The notes beneath the pieces are model-generated. The model worked only from the letters and a program-made list of their open reading frames with translations. It was not told the origin of the DNA and did no database searches. Below, piece after piece: positions 1 through 8,006 of a stretch of DNA of 29,178 bases (positions within the stretch are counted from its first letter, which is position 1; each line of letters opens with the position of its first letter). The DNA is taken from contig CAZVZC010000027.1 of assembly GCA_964631415.1 (NCBI GenBank), forward strand, positions 1-29,178, given 5' to 3'. The position numbers and the translations under genes were made by a program. This stretch comes from an uncultured archaeon. Lineage in GTDB: Archaea; Asgardarchaeota; Thorarchaeia; Thorarchaeales; Thorarchaeaceae.

Positions 1-453
1 TATGTTGACGCAGATGTGACCATTGGAAATGGTGTGAAGATACAGAATGGAGTTTCTGTCTACCACGGAGTCACAATCGAGGATGATGTCTTCTGCGGCC
101 CGCACATGACGTTCACCAATGACATGTATCCGAGAGCATTCGGCGAGTCATGGGAGGTCTTCAAGACTCTCGTGAAGAAGGGTGCATCAATAGGTGCTCA
201 TGCCGTCATCGTCTGTGACACTACGCTCGGTGAATATTGCATGGTGGCAGCCGGTTCAGTGGTGACGAAGAACGTGCCTGCGCACGGTCTCGTTATGGGC
301 AACCCGGCAAGGCTTGTGGGTTTCGTCTGCAAGTGTGGTATGCCTCTCCATGAGGAAACAAGCCGCAGCAAGCAGTCGATTGTCATGCGATGCTCCAAGT
401 GCGGCACTTCCGCGACCATCCCGATGTCAGACGATAAGATGAGGGTCAGGTAA
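1..453 (+). CDS. Hexapeptide-repeat (left-handed beta-helix) sugar N-acetyltransferase, WbpD/WlbB-like; 5'-truncated by the window edge
   Basis: Frame is open from base 1 (YVDADVTIGNGVKIQNGVSVY). Motifs VFCGPHMTFTNDMYPR, GASIGAHA and AAGSVVTKNVP...GNPAR. C-terminal CKCG...CSKCG zinc-ribbon-like tail. Confidence 0.85.
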   Translation, partial: YVDADVTIGNGVKIQNGVSVYHGVTIEDDVFCGPHMTFTNDMYPRAFGESWEVFKTLVKKGASIGAHAVIVCDTTLGEYCMVAAGSVVTKNVPAHGLVMGNPARLVGFVCKCGMPLHEETSRSKQSIVMRCSKCGTSATIPMSDDKMRVR

Positions 454-458
454 GTCCT

Positions 459-2561
459 TTGTCCCAGCTCTACAAGAAGTTTGTCGATGAACGGGCAGCA
501 GCTCTCATAGATGAAACAGGCCGCATACGTAACTGCACAGTCATCGCCCATGTCGATCATGGGAAGACGACGCTGACCGACTCATTGATTGCTTCTTCAG
601 GGCTGATGTCAAAGGAGGTCGCCGCCTCCGCCCGCCTCATGGACTATGATCCAATCGAGCAGCAGCGCGGCATCACCATCAAGGCGTCGGGCATCTCGCT
701 GATCCATGAGATGGCTGGCAAGGACTACTTGATTCATCTCATAGACACTCCCGGACATATCGACTTCTCGAGCCATGTGACGAGGGGTCTCCGGCTGACA
801 GATGGGGCGATCGTAGTCGTCGACATCATTGAGGGTATAATGGTCCAGACCGAAACCGTGACCAGACAGGCGATGGATGAACTGGTCAGACCGATGCTCT
901 TCATCAACAAGGTTGACAGACTGATAACGGAGAAGAAGCTCAAGGCCCGCAAGATTGCCGAGGTGATCAACAAGACTGTCCGCGAGTTCAACGCGATGCT
1001 CGGCAAGTATCTCGACGATAGCCGCCTTGAAACATGGCAGGTCTCTTTCAGCAGGGGCTCTCTCTGCATTGGCTCGGCACTAGACAAGTGGGGGGTCGAT
1101 ATTGATGTGCTTAAGCAGAAGTCCGGTGGTGACTCCGGGTCTGCAGCTCTCACCAATTCACTGATCGCGATTCTTGAGGACATCGTAGACTCGTACGCCA
1201 ATGAAAAGGAGAAGAGCTTGACACAGCGATACCCTGTAGACAGGGTGGTCCTCGACTCACTTGTGCGGACTGTGCCCAATCCAGCACATGCTCAGGAATA
1301 CAGAGTGCCTGTCTTCTGGAAGGGTAAGGTGGGCAGCATTGTTGGCGACTCGCTTCTTCACTGCAAGAAGGACGGGCCTTGTGTGCTTCTTGTTGGCGAC
1401 GTCCAGCCTGATCAGCACGCAGGGACTGTGGCTGCCGTGAGAGTATTCTCGGGGACCCTCCAACGAGCAAAGCCGCTGAGGAACCTGAGGACAGGCAGGT
1501 CTGCGAAGACCCTTCAGATCGGTCTCTTCATGTCCAAGACACGCATTCAGCTCCCATCGGTGCCTGCAGGCAATCTGGCCTTCATCACAGGATTGAACGA
1601 ACTCGCTGTGGGTGATACACTCGCAGATGAGGCGGCTGGTTCCATGCAGCCGATGATGGGACTCCATTATCCCACAGAGCCCGTGGTCACGTATTCGATT
1701 GAACCGAAAAGTCTGTCTGAACTCAGCACCATCCAGAGTCTCATTGAGCAGTATGTCACGAGCGACCCGGCTCTGGAGTTCAGAGCAGATCCGGATACTG
1801 GAGAGATGCTCTTGTCAGGGGCTGGCGAGCTGCACATTGAGGTGACAGTCGAGAAGCTGGCAAGACAGGGCATAAACGTTGCACTCGGTAAGCCGATGGT
1901 CCTACTCAGAGAGCAGATGACAATAAACGGACGGACGTGTGTAGGCGGCGGGGCTACGACAAGCAAGTTCTCTGTCAAAGCGGTTCTGACTCCAGACGCG
2001 GCTGCATTGCATGCCCTTGGGACGTTCATAGATACGGACCCAAGGTCTGCCTGCAACATAGTTGATTCCAGTACCACGATCAATCCTCTGAGCGATGAGG
2101 CGGAGATGATAAGGGAGGGGTTTCGGGTCATCACTCGAAACGGTCCCTTGGCAGGAGAGCGTCTGCGTAAGACGACATTCATTATCGAAACAGCTGAGCT
2201 GCGAACTGAGTCTGCGGAAACCTCATGGCGAGATGTGACTCAACCACTGCTACAGGCTGCAAGAGAGAGCTTCATGAGTGGGCATCCTCTTGTCCTCGAG
2301 CCTTGGGTCCGCCTTGAGATCAGCGCACCTGAGGAGCATATCGGGACCTTGACAGCGATTGTGGCGAAACGAAAGGGACGAGTCCTTCAGATTGACTCAG
2401 AGAGGACACTGTTCAGGGTCGAGGCAGAGATACCTGTGAGAGAGTCGTTTGGTCTGGCAAATGAGATCAGGACATCGACTTCGGGCTGGGCAACGTGGGG
2501 GGCAAAGGCGGGCGGATACAGAAGAGTCGGAGCGTCCAGTGGTGACGAGTCTTTCAGCTGA
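459..2561 (+). CDS. Divergent elongation factor 2 (EF-2/EF-G family) paralog, translational GTPase
   Basis: G1 AHVDHGKT, G2 RGITI, G3 DTPGH, G4 NKVD. Domain III GAGELHIEV and domain V LEP...RKGRV...FGLANEIR. No HRG diphthamide motif and no ribosomal-protein neighbours. TTG start. Confidence 0.88.
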   Translation: MSQLYKKFVDERAAALIDETGRIRNCTVIAHVDHGKTTLTDSLIASSGLMSKEVAASARLMDYDPIEQQRGITIKASGISLIHEMAGKDYLIHLIDTPGHIDFSSHVTRGLRLTDGAIVVVDIIEGIMVQTETVTRQAMDELVRPMLFINKVDRLITEKKLKARKIAEVINKTVREFNAMLGKYLDDSRLETWQVSFSRGSLCIGSALDKWGVDIDVLKQKSGGDSGSAALTNSLIAILEDIVDSYANEKEKSLTQRYPVDRVVLDSLVRTVPNPAHAQEYRVPVFWKGKVGSIVGDSLLHCKKDGPCVLLVGDVQPDQHAGTVAAVRVFSGTLQRAKPLRNLRTGRSAKTLQIGLFMSKTRIQLPSVPAGNLAFITGLNELAVGDTLADEAAGSMQPMMGLHYPTEPVVTYSIEPKSLSELSTIQSLIEQYVTSDPALEFRADPDTGEMLLSGAGELHIEVTVEKLARQGINVALGKPMVLLREQMTINGRTCVGGGATTSKFSVKAVLTPDAAALHALGTFIDTDPRSACNIVDSSTTINPLSDEAEMIREGFRVITRNGPLAGERLRKTTFIIETAELRTESAETSWRDVTQPLLQAARESFMSGHPLVLEPWVRLEISAPEEHIGTLTAIVAKRKGRVLQIDSERTLFRVEAEIPVRESFGLANEIRTSTSGWATWGAKAGGYRRVGASSGDESFS

Positions 2562-2562
2562 A

Positions 2563-4923
2563 CTACCTTCGGAAATAGAATCTCCTGTTCATCTCTTCTC
2601 CGAGGAAGGCCAGCACTCTTCTATCGACCATTGATGCAGAGTCCATCATTCGAAACGCCCTCGCAATGTTGGAGAACACAGCATTCATGTAGGGCTGTGC
2701 CTTAGCGAACTCTGCCTGTTCGACCATCTGCAGGTAGGAGTCGGTTATCTTCATCATGTTCAACCAGTCCTCAGTGAGAATGAGACCGAACTCGCCCTCA
2801 GGCGCTGCCGCCTCCAGAGTAGGGTACTTCGTGCGGTCTATGAGTGTTCCATACTGCTTCTCAAGCGCCGTCGCGAACCTCAGAACTACGGTTGACAGCG
2901 AGTCAGCGGTTGCCCGGATGAACTCGGATGCCTCGTCAAGAGTCGAGTCAGCCTTCTCAACAGCCCTCAGAGCAACAGCCGCTTGATATAGACCTGCTGC
3001 AAGTTCGGAGAAGTTCTTGTTCTCGTAGAACAGCCGGATTGTCTGTGCAAGGCGGACTTGACCTTCCCAGTACTGCGCCAGAAGAGGGTCTATGAGTCGA
3101 ATGAACTCGTTAGCTGGAAACACGACATGCAGCCCTGACTCAAGACTAACCGCATGCTGATTGATCTTCGCTGCAGCCAGTCCCATCATCACGCCTGCAG
3201 GGCCGGACAGTTCAGACTGGTCAGCTATAATCTTCTTCGACCGTCGTGACAGCTGTGACCACCCTGACGTGAGATATGGTACGACGAGGGAAGCACCGTT
3301 CACAAAGATATTGTCTTCAGGTGATCCTATGTCGGAGAGCATCCTGTCGACCTCTTCGAGCGTCCCAAGAAGCCGTGGAGGCAGTTGGGACCCATGTCGT
3401 AGACTGAACCAAGCGGCATTGTAAGTGGCGATAGCCGCCTCTGTATAAGCACGGGGGTCTGTTGGTAACAAGCGCATGTATCGGGCCAATGATTCGCGCA
3501 GCGACTCCTGAGCTACTGCGTCGGAACCATTCGACATCCGCAAAACGGACAAGGCAAGGCCAACTTGACTGCCGATGAGTTCGAGCTCTGTGACACCGCC
3601 TTTGGACAATAGACTCTCTCTGGTCTTGACAGCTCGCTTGAGTGCCTCCACACCGGTCGGCCAGAATTCGTCTGAATCACTGCACAGACACACCCAACCC
3701 AGAGTATGGTCACACCGAGATATCTCAAGACTGAAGTCCTGCCCGGAACTCCCGGCACCCTGAAGGACCTTCTTCGCCTGCTCCAGATATCCCACGGCGG
3801 CGGCCATGTTCTCGTGGTCACCCATCAAGCCATGCGCAAAGCCAAGCCCTGCAAGGCACTTGAACTCGTGGAGCACCTGGTCGGCATTCTTGTCCTTCAG
3901 AGCTGTGCTGACCTTGGACGCAGACTCCAGACGTTGAATGGCCTGTGGTACACCTTCTCGCCATCCCGTGGCCAGAATGCTTGACCCAATGTCGAGCAGC
4001 GCCACTCCGAGATTCTCCTCTCTCTCCTTGCCCGATGCTATAGCATCTCGGTATAGAGCAGCCGCCTTGTCAGCAAGTGACCGTGCGGTCTCATAGGGTA
4101 TTCCATCGTCTCTCGTGTCATTCACGCTCAGCTGCAGAGCGATCAGCGCAAGCTGTTTCACATCATTGTTAAGCCGCGCGCTCGACTCAAGTTCTTGGAG
4201 AATCTTACGAGACTCGCTGAACATCCCCAGCTCCGTTAGCGCACAAGCCTCATCGAATGCGACATCGTACATGAAGGGTTTCAGATCCATCTGGCGAGCG
4301 ACGACAAGCAGACGGTTGAGCAGCGCCTCTGCACATTCAAACAGCCCGGACTCCATGAAATCGAACGTCAGGTAGTGAATCTCGTGAAGAGCCAGCATAG
4401 TCGAGGGTTGATGAAAGCGGTTGTAGATCGCCTCGAGAGTGAGAAGGATCTCGTCTGTCAGGATTGTGGCAAGAGGTCTCAGATTGAGCCGCAGAGCAGA
4501 GCTCATTGATTGTAGGAGCTCGCCAAGTATGTCAATGAGCCGCGGAATGGCTTCTATGTCCGGCTGTAGTTCGGCCTCACCTCTTCTATAGCCGCTTGTA
4601 TATCGGGTGTCCAAGAGCACAAGCATCTCGGGCAGTTCGCGGTCTTGCTCGAACGACAGTCTGACAGTCAGTGCTGTGAGCTTTGTGCTGGCCAGTCCGG
4701 GCCTCCTGAGCAGGATCTCCTCAATGGCTCTCGCGACCTCATATGCGACATCACCAACGTCCTGCTCGGATGTCCTTGAGGCTAGAATCGCGGATAGCGC
4801 ATCATCTAGAGAGAATGATGCGCACAGGACATCCCTCAATGTAACAGGAAGCATCGAGTCCACTGGGGCCACTCCACTCAGGCGATAATGGTACACCTGT
4901 AGCCTTTGGTTAAAAGCTTTCAC
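2563..4923 (-). CDS. Large alpha-helical (TPR/solenoid-like) hypothetical protein
   Basis: About 786 aa, Ala/Leu-rich amphipathic helices with TPR-like patterns (LAGLGFAHGLMGDHENMAAAVGYLEQAKKV; TLGWVCL...EALKRAVK). Probable GTG start at 4923 overlaps the upstream TGA (GTGA); the ORF track extends it to 4950. Confidence 0.65.
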   Translation of the reverse strand: MKAFNQRLQVYHYRLSGVAPVDSMLPVTLRDVLCASFSLDDALSAILASRTSEQDVGDVAYEVARAIEEILLRRPGLASTKLTALTVRLSFEQDRELPEMLVLLDTRYTSGYRRGEAELQPDIEAIPRLIDILGELLQSMSSALRLNLRPLATILTDEILLTLEAIYNRFHQPSTMLALHEIHYLTFDFMESGLFECAEALLNRLLVVARQMDLKPFMYDVAFDEACALTELGMFSESRKILQELESSARLNNDVKQLALIALQLSVNDTRDDGIPYETARSLADKAAALYRDAIASGKEREENLGVALLDIGSSILATGWREGVPQAIQRLESASKVSTALKDKNADQVLHEFKCLAGLGFAHGLMGDHENMAAAVGYLEQAKKVLQGAGSSGQDFSLEISRCDHTLGWVCLCSDSDEFWPTGVEALKRAVKTRESLLSKGGVTELELIGSQVGLALSVLRMSNGSDAVAQESLRESLARYMRLLPTDPRAYTEAAIATYNAAWFSLRHGSQLPPRLLGTLEEVDRMLSDIGSPEDNIFVNGASLVVPYLTSGWSQLSRRSKKIIADQSELSGPAGVMMGLAAAKINQHAVSLESGLHVVFPANEFIRLIDPLLAQYWEGQVRLAQTIRLFYENKNFSELAAGLYQAAVALRAVEKADSTLDEASEFIRATADSLSTVVLRFATALEKQYGTLIDRTKYPTLEAAAPEGEFGLILTEDWLNMMKITDSYLQMVEQAEFAKAQPYMNAVFSNIARAFRMMDSASMVDRRVLAFLGEEMNRRFYFRR

Positions 4924-5636
4924 AGCTGCTCTACGACGAACTTCCTCCAAGACTTGGACGCCGGCGAGCCCCTCATCCGCTCCAGCTTGACATGGTAGAC
5001 TGGCTCAGGCCCCGTTTCATCGACCTTGAACTTGAGGACGGCGTCTGTAAGGTATGAGTAGGTGGCGTAGGTCTTCTCGTCATGGACTCCCTCCTCAAGC
5101 AGCAACATGATGCTATGAGACCCCTGGGTCACTCTTCCACTGAGCCGCTGCATAGACCGGGGCATTGTTTCTGCGTTGGAGTGCAGAATCAGCGTTGACA
5201 GGCTGTCCAAGGCCACGCGAGCACACACAAGGTTCTCAACTGCCTCTGAGAGGACAATACCTAGCTCACTGATGTCATCGATCTTAGAGAGTGAGTGAGC
5301 AGCAGTAGTCTTGGGCGCGCCCATCCTCTCTGAGTATGCGTCTATGAACTTGAACTGCCCAGCCTTTTCGCAGGCCTCAATTGGCCATCCGTGTCTGCTC
5401 ATGTCATTCCTTATGACACGGGGGGAAACGTCAGTTGTGATGAAGACTGCAGGGAACCCGAGGCTCAGTCCTTCGGCCAAGAAGGCCTCTGCATATGTGG
5501 TCTTGCCGGAACCCAGGGGGCCAACGAGCATGTAAGAGAGCTGAGTCAGTTGTCCAAAGTCGACCATATCGCCCATCATTGGACGGGCCTTCACAGGTTT
5601 CCCAATGCAGCTGTCCGAATTGGGTTTCTCGCCCAT
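4920..5636 (-). CDS. Single-domain KaiC/RAD55-family ATPase (CII-like, catalytic EE replaced by TD)
   Basis: Walker A GPLGSGKT, Walker B VALDSLS, SYLTD segment, RMRGS Arg-finger region. GGAGG SD upstream of ATG 5636. Confidence 0.85.
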   Translation of the reverse strand: MGEKPNSDSCIGKPVKARPMMGDMVDFGQLTQLSYMLVGPLGSGKTTYAEAFLAEGLSLGFPAVFITTDVSPRVIRNDMSRHGWPIEACEKAGQFKFIDAYSERMGAPKTTAAHSLSKIDDISELGIVLSEAVENLVCARVALDSLSTLILHSNAETMPRSMQRLSGRVTQGSHSIMLLLEEGVHDEKTYATYSYLTDAVLKFKVDETGPEPVYHVKLERMRGSPASKSWRKFVVEQL

Positions 5637-5663
5637 AGCAGACGCCTCCGTCTTGCCTTCTCA

Positions 5664-6410
5664 TCAATGCCCAGGAGATATCTCGCCAGGCCAGACTCTT
5701 ATTCCCTCATCAGTGATTCTCATGGAGTGAATCCTAGAGCTGTGCTTCGATCCACGAAGCTTCAAGACCTCAATAGACCGCGACCGGGATGTATCGCTGA
5801 TTTTCTCGTTGTATAGCACAATGACACCTGAGGCAAGAAATGCTTCAATGTCGAACACTCCCAGTCCTGTGTCCTGTGCGGGTATTTCACTCGTCAGAAG
5901 GAGCGTGCAGCCAGCCCGTGTGATAGCGGCACAGAGCTTGAAGAACTCCTCCCGGAGGATGTCGCGGCTCCTGAACTTGTACGCTAGGATGGAGAGAGTG
6001 TCTATGACCACTCGCTTCGCACCAAGATTCTTGACATGATTCAGTATGATTGCCTCGAGACCGGAAAGGTCGAAGCTCGGGTACTCGCCAATCGTGACAG
6101 GCGTGACCTCCTTGGAGGGTGACAGATCCACAATGGCAAGCTTCCCTGCCTGTTCGAGCTTGGCAAGGTCCATTCCAAACCTGAGCATGTTTCTCTTTAT
6201 CAAGCGGGGAGGCTCCTCTAGGGTGACAAGGACGCCGGCCTCATTGTACAACGTGACACCCTTGTACAGAAACTGATTCGCAAGGATGCTCTTTCCTGTC
6301 CCGGCCTTTCCTGCAACGAGGATAGTGTCACCCCTTGGAAAGCCGCCTTCTATCAGCTCATCCAGACCGGGGATTCCGGTCTTGACGCGTTCTATGGTGT
6401 AGTCGCTCAT
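5664..6410 (-). CDS. Single-domain KaiC-family ATPase (CI-like)
   Basis: RVKTGIPGLDELIEGG, Walker A GKAGTGKS, TLEE, VVIDT, TLLLTSE, KLRGSKH. Confidence 0.92.
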   Translation of the reverse strand: MSDYTIERVKTGIPGLDELIEGGFPRGDTILVAGKAGTGKSILANQFLYKGVTLYNEAGVLVTLEEPPRLIKRNMLRFGMDLAKLEQAGKLAIVDLSPSKEVTPVTIGEYPSFDLSGLEAIILNHVKNLGAKRVVIDTLSILAYKFRSRDILREEFFKLCAAITRAGCTLLLTSEIPAQDTGLGVFDIEAFLASGVIVLYNEKISDTSRSRSIEVLKLRGSKHSSRIHSMRITDEGIRVWPGEISPGH

Positions 6411-6796
6411 TCTCCTGCACCTCTCTTTTTGTAGACCTTCGCACTCAGGATCATCTTCAGGAGCATCTCTGGTTCGGGTATACCCGTGATTGAAACGCCC
6501 CCTATCATCACCGTCGGCAGTGCGAAGATCCCGTACTCCTCTGCTGCCTCGGGGTTCTCAGTCACATTGATGACAGTGAATTTGAATATTGAGGATTCAA
6601 AGTCCTCGAGTGTTTCACGAATCACTTCCTCAGCACGGGGACAGAAAGCGCACGAATCGGACTTAAAGAGGACAATCTCGATGACTGATGACTCACCGAT
6701 CTCCTCTTCTTGGTCTTCAGTGCGTTCTGTCTTGTCTGACAAGCGCGTGTGCTCCTGGTCCGAGGAAATGACAAAGACACTCCTGACATCTGTCAC
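6407..6796 (-). CDS. Thioredoxin-fold protein with CAFC motif, KaiB-like
   Basis: CxxC (CAFC-P), INVTENPEAAEEYGIFALPT with the cis-Pro motif, acidic N-terminal extension. Stop overlaps the KaiC start (ATGA). Confidence 0.82.
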   Translation of the reverse strand: MTDVRSVFVISSDQEHTRLSDKTERTEDQEEEIGESSVIEIVLFKSDSCAFCPRAEEVIRETLEDFESSIFKFTVINVTENPEAAEEYGIFALPTVMIGGVSITGIPEPEMLLKMILSAKVYKKRGAGE

Positions 6797-6835
6797 TTGA
6801 AGCTTTTGACGACGCTATTCTGACAACGCGCAGTT

Positions 6836-7231
6836 CTATTGACCTTTGTAAGACAAGAGCCGCCTGATTCTCGTGGCCGCCTTGCCCAACGCCCTTGAGT
6901 GGTATCGGACGTTGCGGTCCATGACAGCTGCCAGCAAGATGGGCTGGCTCTTGCCCGATGATATCTTCTTAAAGACGGCCTTTCCCAGACTGCAGCGGAC
7001 GGATATGTCCCTGATCTCTCCGAGACCGAGCTCCTTGCGCACCCTGTCCACGGACGAAGTTATGTAGCCTGACATTGCCGCCACGATGTCTTTGTCTGTG
7101 CCAGGTGAAGTGGCGAAAGCCATGGTGAAGCCATCATCCCGAGCAAGGACTGAGGCTTTGTACTTGCCTTCCTTGTTCATCGCTTCCAAGATGCCTGTAA
7201 GCTCCCTGTAGTCAGGCCGTTCCATAGACAT
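6836..7231 (-). CDS. Roadblock/LC7 (MglB-like) domain protein
   Basis: ASVLARDDGFTMA...DIVAAMSG...ELGLGE...LAAV pattern, about 131 aa. GGAG SD before ATG 7231. Confidence 0.85.
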   Translation of the reverse strand: MSMERPDYRELTGILEAMNKEGKYKASVLARDDGFTMAFATSPGTDKDIVAAMSGYITSSVDRVRKELGLGEIRDISVRCSLGKAVFKKISSGKSQPILLAAVMDRNVRYHSRALGKAATRIRRLLSYKGQ

Positions 7232-7271
7232 AATCTCCGATCTGCGCTGTAACCTGACTGTCACTTACATG

Positions 7272-7286
7272 CCTATTAAACAATAA
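7272..7286 (-). promoter_or_regulatory. Putative TATA box (TTTAAT) for the roadblock-Trx-KaiC cluster
   Basis: Minus-strand TATTGTTTAATAG, an AT-rich patch in the divergent intergenic region, about 45 nt upstream of the start. Confidence 0.4.
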
Positions 7287-7428
7287 CGTACATTCCCCAC
7301 ACCACCTGATATGACTCATGCTGTGTCAAGCACAGGGCCTAGCCCGCCAATCCCTACAGAAGAGGCTCATCGGCAGTATGGTTTTTAGGAGGACTGGCCC
7401 ACATCGTCTTGTTCAGGATGTGGAGCGG

Positions 7429-7989
7429 ATGCCTGCCGAGTATCGGTTCAAGATTGTGATGCTAGGAGATGGAGCAGTTGGAAAGACTGCTCTGACTCTC
7501 CGGTTCACTCAGAACCATTTCGACAGTGACTACAAGAGGACTATCGGCAGTGACTTCGCTGTGAAACGAATGCACGTGCCCCAGAGGGACGCCAACTGCA
7601 CCATTCAGGTATGGGACCTCGCAGGACAGCCGCGGTTCGAGATAGTACGGCAGTCATTCTATCGAGGCTCGCGGGGCGGGCTCTTGGTGTTCGACGTGAC
7701 GCGACGCAGGACGTTCCTTAACCTTGAACAGTGGAAAGAGGAGGCGTTCAAGAACACAGGCAGGCCTATCCCGCTTGTTGTCGTGGCAAACAAGGTAGAT
7801 CTTGCAGAGAGCAGGGTTGTCACAACTGAGGAGGGAAAGGAGTACGCTGACAAGAACAAGTTTCTCTATGTTGAGTCAAGCGCACTCTCGGGAGAAAACG
7901 TAGAATGTGCCTACGTGAGCCTGTGCACGATGATGATTGACGCACCGAAGATCAGCTCCCCGGGCGAAACGTCAAGTCCAACCACCTGA
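7429..7989 (+). CDS. Rab-like small GTPase (Ras superfamily)
   Basis: FKIVMLGDGAVGKT, TIGSDF, WDLAGQPRF, FYRGS, NKVD, ESSAL. Probable start at ATG 7429 (MPAEY). No terminal prenylation motif. Confidence 0.93.
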   Translation: MPAEYRFKIVMLGDGAVGKTALTLRFTQNHFDSDYKRTIGSDFAVKRMHVPQRDANCTIQVWDLAGQPRFEIVRQSFYRGSRGGLLVFDVTRRRTFLNLEQWKEEAFKNTGRPIPLVVVANKVDLAESRVVTTEEGKEYADKNKFLYVESSALSGENVECAYVSLCTMMIDAPKISSPGETSSPTT

Positions 7990-8006
7990 ATCAAGGAACT
8001 GCTGCA

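Noticed and set aside
7318-7428. N-terminal extension of the first Rab-like ORF
   Set aside because: Lies in the divergent promoter region and contains a TATA-like TTTTTA; GTPase homology begins at MPAEY (7429).
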